A DNA stretch of 64,000 bases from Candidatus Doudnabacteria bacterium (lineage in GTDB: Bacteria; Patescibacteriota; Doudnabacteria; UBA920; 2-01-FULL-46-14). The stretch is from positions 9,243 through 73,242 of the forward strand of contig JBGQGB010000005.1 in assembly GCA_041497195.1 (NCBI GenBank), written 5' to 3'. The notes beneath the pieces were generated by a model. It ran no database searches. It worked only from the letters and a program-made list of their open reading frames with translations, and was not told the DNA's origin. Below are positions 60,924 to 64,000 of the stretch, piece by piece (position 1 is the first letter of the stretch; every line of letters begins with the position of its first letter). Made by a program: the position numbers and the translations under genes.

Positions 60924-61715
60924 CTAAGAATCAAGAAACTCGCTCGCTTTCTCTAGCCATTGGTCGGGGTGCGCCCACATGAGCGCATGGTCCGCACCTG
61001 CTATTACGACAAGCTTCGACCCGGCGATGCCGTCGTGGAGCATGGAAGCGTGATGCATCGGAACAGCGTTGTCGTTTGAACCGGCGATGATGAGCGTCGG
61101 ACATCTGATTTCATGCAAACGGCTGCGGCTGTCGAAAGCCATCGCTTCCCTCCACGCGAGCGCAATGGACTTGGCGTCTGCTTCGCCCCAAGTGCTGGCG
61201 ATAAGATTCGCAACCCACGCCCCCTGCTCCTTCGGGATTTGTTTGAGGCCTTGCGATATCATGAGCTTGACGAAAAGCCGCACGCCGAGCAGGCGGATGA
61301 GGAGAGGGACGATATGGCCTTCCAGTTTCTCTTTCATGGTCGCCATGTTGTACGCGTAGGTGTTCGAGAGGATAAGGTGGCGCACTTTCGCCGGATAGTC
61401 GAGCGCGAGTTCCTGAACCACCGGGCCGCCTTGCGAATAGCCGAGTGCGTCCGCCGAAGTGATGCCGAGATGGTCGAGCAATACAGCCAAGTCCGCCGCC
61501 TGTTGTTTTACGGAATAGGGAGGCGGCAAGTTGCGGCTTCTACCCCAGCCGCGAAGGTCGGGAATGATGAGTCGGTGGCGCTTCGAGAGCGGCTCCACGA
61601 CCGGCTCGAACATGTCTCCGCTCATTCCCAGCCCGTGCACCAAAAGTAGCGGCGGCCCCAACCCGCGCTCGGTGAAGTACAGGAGGTCTGACGATGTAGG
61701 AGAGTTCATTTCCAT
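60924..61715 (-). CDS. Alpha/beta fold hydrolase
   Basis: LLVHGLG, PDLRGWGRS, nucleophile elbow GYSQGG, GSND, GADH. Confidence 0.92.
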   Translation of the reverse strand: MEMNSPTSSDLLYFTERGLGPPLLLVHGLGMSGDMFEPVVEPLSKRHRLIIPDLRGWGRSRNLPPPYSVKQQAADLAVLLDHLGITSADALGYSQGGPVVQELALDYPAKVRHLILSNTYAYNMATMKEKLEGHIVPLLIRLLGVRLFVKLMISQGLKQIPKEQGAWVANLIASTWGEADAKSIALAWREAMAFDSRSRLHEIRCPTLIIAGSNDNAVPMHHASMLHDGIAGSKLVVIAGADHALMWAHPDQWLEKASEFLDS

Positions 61716-61899
61716 GAATAATTAAGCATGACTTACGACTTCCTCTCAAATTCCATGAGGAGCGAGAGATAGTGCTTTTAGGTATCTGCATCAATCCAAG
61801 ATGTCGCGAGGGGAGGTATCTTTCCATCTGAAAGGATGATGCGGTTTATTGCATCAAAGTAAAATCCTTCCGGCGTCGCTAGAAAAAGCCACGCGACAG

Positions 61900-62066
61900 T
61901 CCAGTACTCGCGCACTTTGGCAAAAAGCGATGATAACCAAAACGTGCGCGGGTTCCTCGAAAAGATTGGTTCGAACTTCCGGCTCGCCGCACGGCGGCTC
62001 GATTTTTCCTACACGAACGATTGGATTGTACTATCCGAAAACGACGAACGATTTAATTGGCGGTGA
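61900..62066 (+). pseudogene. C-terminal remnant of a serine recombinase
   Basis: Frame reads FLEKIGSNFRLAARRLDFSY...FNWR*, matching FLKQIGSNHIL...NWR of the recombinase at the window end. Confidence 0.55.
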
Positions 62067-62259
62067 CGATGTCCACAACTTTGAACCGAAAGTGCGGCTC
62101 AAATTCGAGAATCTTGATAAAAGTATACAGGAATTAAGACGAATTTATAAGGTTCATCCAGAATGGTTTGAAACACCTAAACCAAAGTCGGATAAGGGTA
62201 AAAACGTCGTAGATTATTCTGTTTTATCTTAGAACTCCACCGCGAGCGGTAAATCCTTG

Positions 62260-62704
62260 TCAGGCTAAAATTTTTCTCTCGCCAAGATAATTCTTCGTTA
62301 TGAACCCAGTCTCGCCCGTAATCTTTGCAACTTGATATGAACTCTCGACAGAATCAATAACAAAGTCGAGACTGTAGAACGATGAAATCGCAATCATTAT
62401 GTCAGTGATGGGCACACTACTCTTAAACGTTCCTCGTTCATCGTCTTTCTCGATTTCAAAAAATTTTTCACTTTCGATTAACTCTTTCAGATGACCATCC
62501 TTAATTCTTCGATCCTGAATATCACACTTTTTAACTTTCCATCCTGCATCTTTTAGCCTTTTTTCTATAGTTGAAGTATCTACTAGGATTGTGACCCACA
62601 AATGTCCCATCATGAGTCGCACGCAATTTTTTGCTGACAAAGGCATAACAGAGTAAGGCACAATATTGCGAGTAAATTGTCCGTTTTCCTCGTAGAAACT
62701 CTCT
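62260..62704 (-). pseudogene. 5'-truncated hypothetical gene
   Basis: Frame continues upstream of GTG 62661 (ESFYEENGQFTRNIVPYS) into the recombinase junction with no other start codon. Confidence 0.5.
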
Positions 62705-64000
62705 TGGAACCCGGATCGTCTCGCCAGAAATTCTATAGACGGAGGACAAATTATTTATCTCTTGGACACAGGAAAGATTAAAGATTTGAAATTTCCAACA
62801 CATTGGTTTGAAAATACTCCCCAAGGAAAATTCATGCTAAACATTGCCTTTGGGCAAAGCAAATATTATGTTGATAATCTTTCAGAAAACATCAAACGTG
62901 GACATAGAGCAAAACTTCGCAAAGGAATTTGGCCTAGCTTTGCCCCGCTTGGTTATGTGAACAATCACAAGACGAGAGATGTTGACCTTGATACTGAAAA
63001 AGCTCCGCTAGTCCGAAAAGGTTTTGAGTTATACGCAACAGGTAAATATACACTGAAGCAGATTGCAAGAGCGTTGAAAGACCTCGGACTGCGGAGCTAC
63101 AAAGGCAATGTTCTTGCAGTTTCCTGTGTCCAGAGAATTTTGAAAAGCACTTTTTACTATGGAATTTTCGAGTTCAAGGGCGAGATGCATCAAGGTTCGC
63201 ACGAGCCGTTGATTTCAAAGAAACTTTTTGATAAATGCCAAGAAGTGATGAAAGATCGCGGACATATTAAAACGAGAAAAGCAGAGAACACTTTTCCATT
63301 TCGCAGATTACTCACTTGTGGAGAATGTAGTTGTATGATTACCGCCGAAACACAGAAGGGGCATAACTATTATCGTTGTACTAAAAAGAAAAGTGCTTGT
63401 TCACAAAAATATGTCCGCGAAGAATTACTAACCGAACAAGTGAAAAGTTTTCTTCAAAAAGTTTCTTTGCCAAGCCAAGACACCGAGAAAGTTTTGTGCG
63501 AGCTGGACAAGGACGAGCAGAAAGCTAGGGAGAATAGTAAAGTTTTCGTAGAAAATCTCAAAAGTGAGTTAGCTGATGTTGAAGTACGGTTAGACAAATT
63601 GCTTTCTGCCTATCTCGATGAAGTAATCACGTCAGAAGAATATGCCGCGCAAAAACAAAAAATGCTCGACCAGAGAGTAGAGCTTAAAGAGAAAATCACT
63701 GAAATTGAAGACAAGGGTGTGTCTTGGCTCGAACCGGCTCGTGCGTGGGTTAAATCCTTGAATCAGGCGGAGAACTTGCTTGAGAGTGGGGATAAATCGG
63801 AAATGACAACATTTCTAAAACAAATCGGCTCGAACCATATTTTGATTGATAAATCCTTTTCCTTTTCGCCCAAAAAGTCCTTTCAAATCCTATGCGAGCG
63901 GCGCGTTCCGCGCCGCGAGGTTGAGCTTTCTTTCTTGCAAAATTCCAATTGGCGGTGTGTATTGAACGAAGTTCGAATGTATTTTGAATTGAATCCTGAC
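62696..64000 (+). pseudogene. Large serine recombinase (resolvase C-part, recombinase and zinc-ribbon domains), N-terminally truncated, open to window end
   Basis: SWNPDRLARNSIDGG, FGQSKYYVDNLSENIKRG, APLGY, CGEC, YYRC; TAG at 62693 just upstream; catalytic N-terminus absent. Confidence 0.85.

Larger units (their letters stand above)
60463..64000. mobile_element. Decayed serine-recombinase genomic island (continues past the window)
   Basis: tRNA-3'-end-like TGGCGGAGAGGG at 60463, recombinase remnants, truncated genes, shifting base composition. Confidence 0.6.

Noticed and set aside
61849-62232. 127-aa plus-strand ORF from the track
   Set aside because: Better explained as an off-frame read through a recombinase remnant in a decayed region

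Overview
The window is 64 kb of chromosome from a Candidate Phyla Radiation (Patescibacteria/Parcubacteria-like) bacterium. That assignment is inferred from an unlinked 16S rRNA gene, a tandem array of VirB2/TrbC-like pilins, a shortened SMC, missing rimM/rimP in their usual operons and a CPR-style serine recombinase. Most of the window is housekeeping on the minus strand: a redox block (msrB-ccdA-thioredoxin-XRE), 16S rRNA, clpP, nusA, rny, sufS/sufU/sod, rplS-trmD-khpA-rpsP, smc, rnc, tRNA-Val, ftsH, tRNA-Leu, galU, comM, lspA, recA and ftsK. Accessory parts are a three-gene operon (cold-shock fusion, hypothetical protein, multi-TM lytic transglycosylase) converging on a seven-gene pilin array, and a decayed serine-recombinase island at the right end. 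The best unexplained signal is a ~540-nt ORF-free, densely base-paired minus-strand element at about 46,682-47,226. It has long-range helices, a possible kissing loop and a terminator, and is a candidate large ncRNA. Also notable are a 6S-like rod RNA upstream of rny, a CIRCE operator on a DEAD-box helicase promoter and a divergent archaeal-type GAPDH-like gene. All calls come from reading the sequence by eye; no database searches were run.
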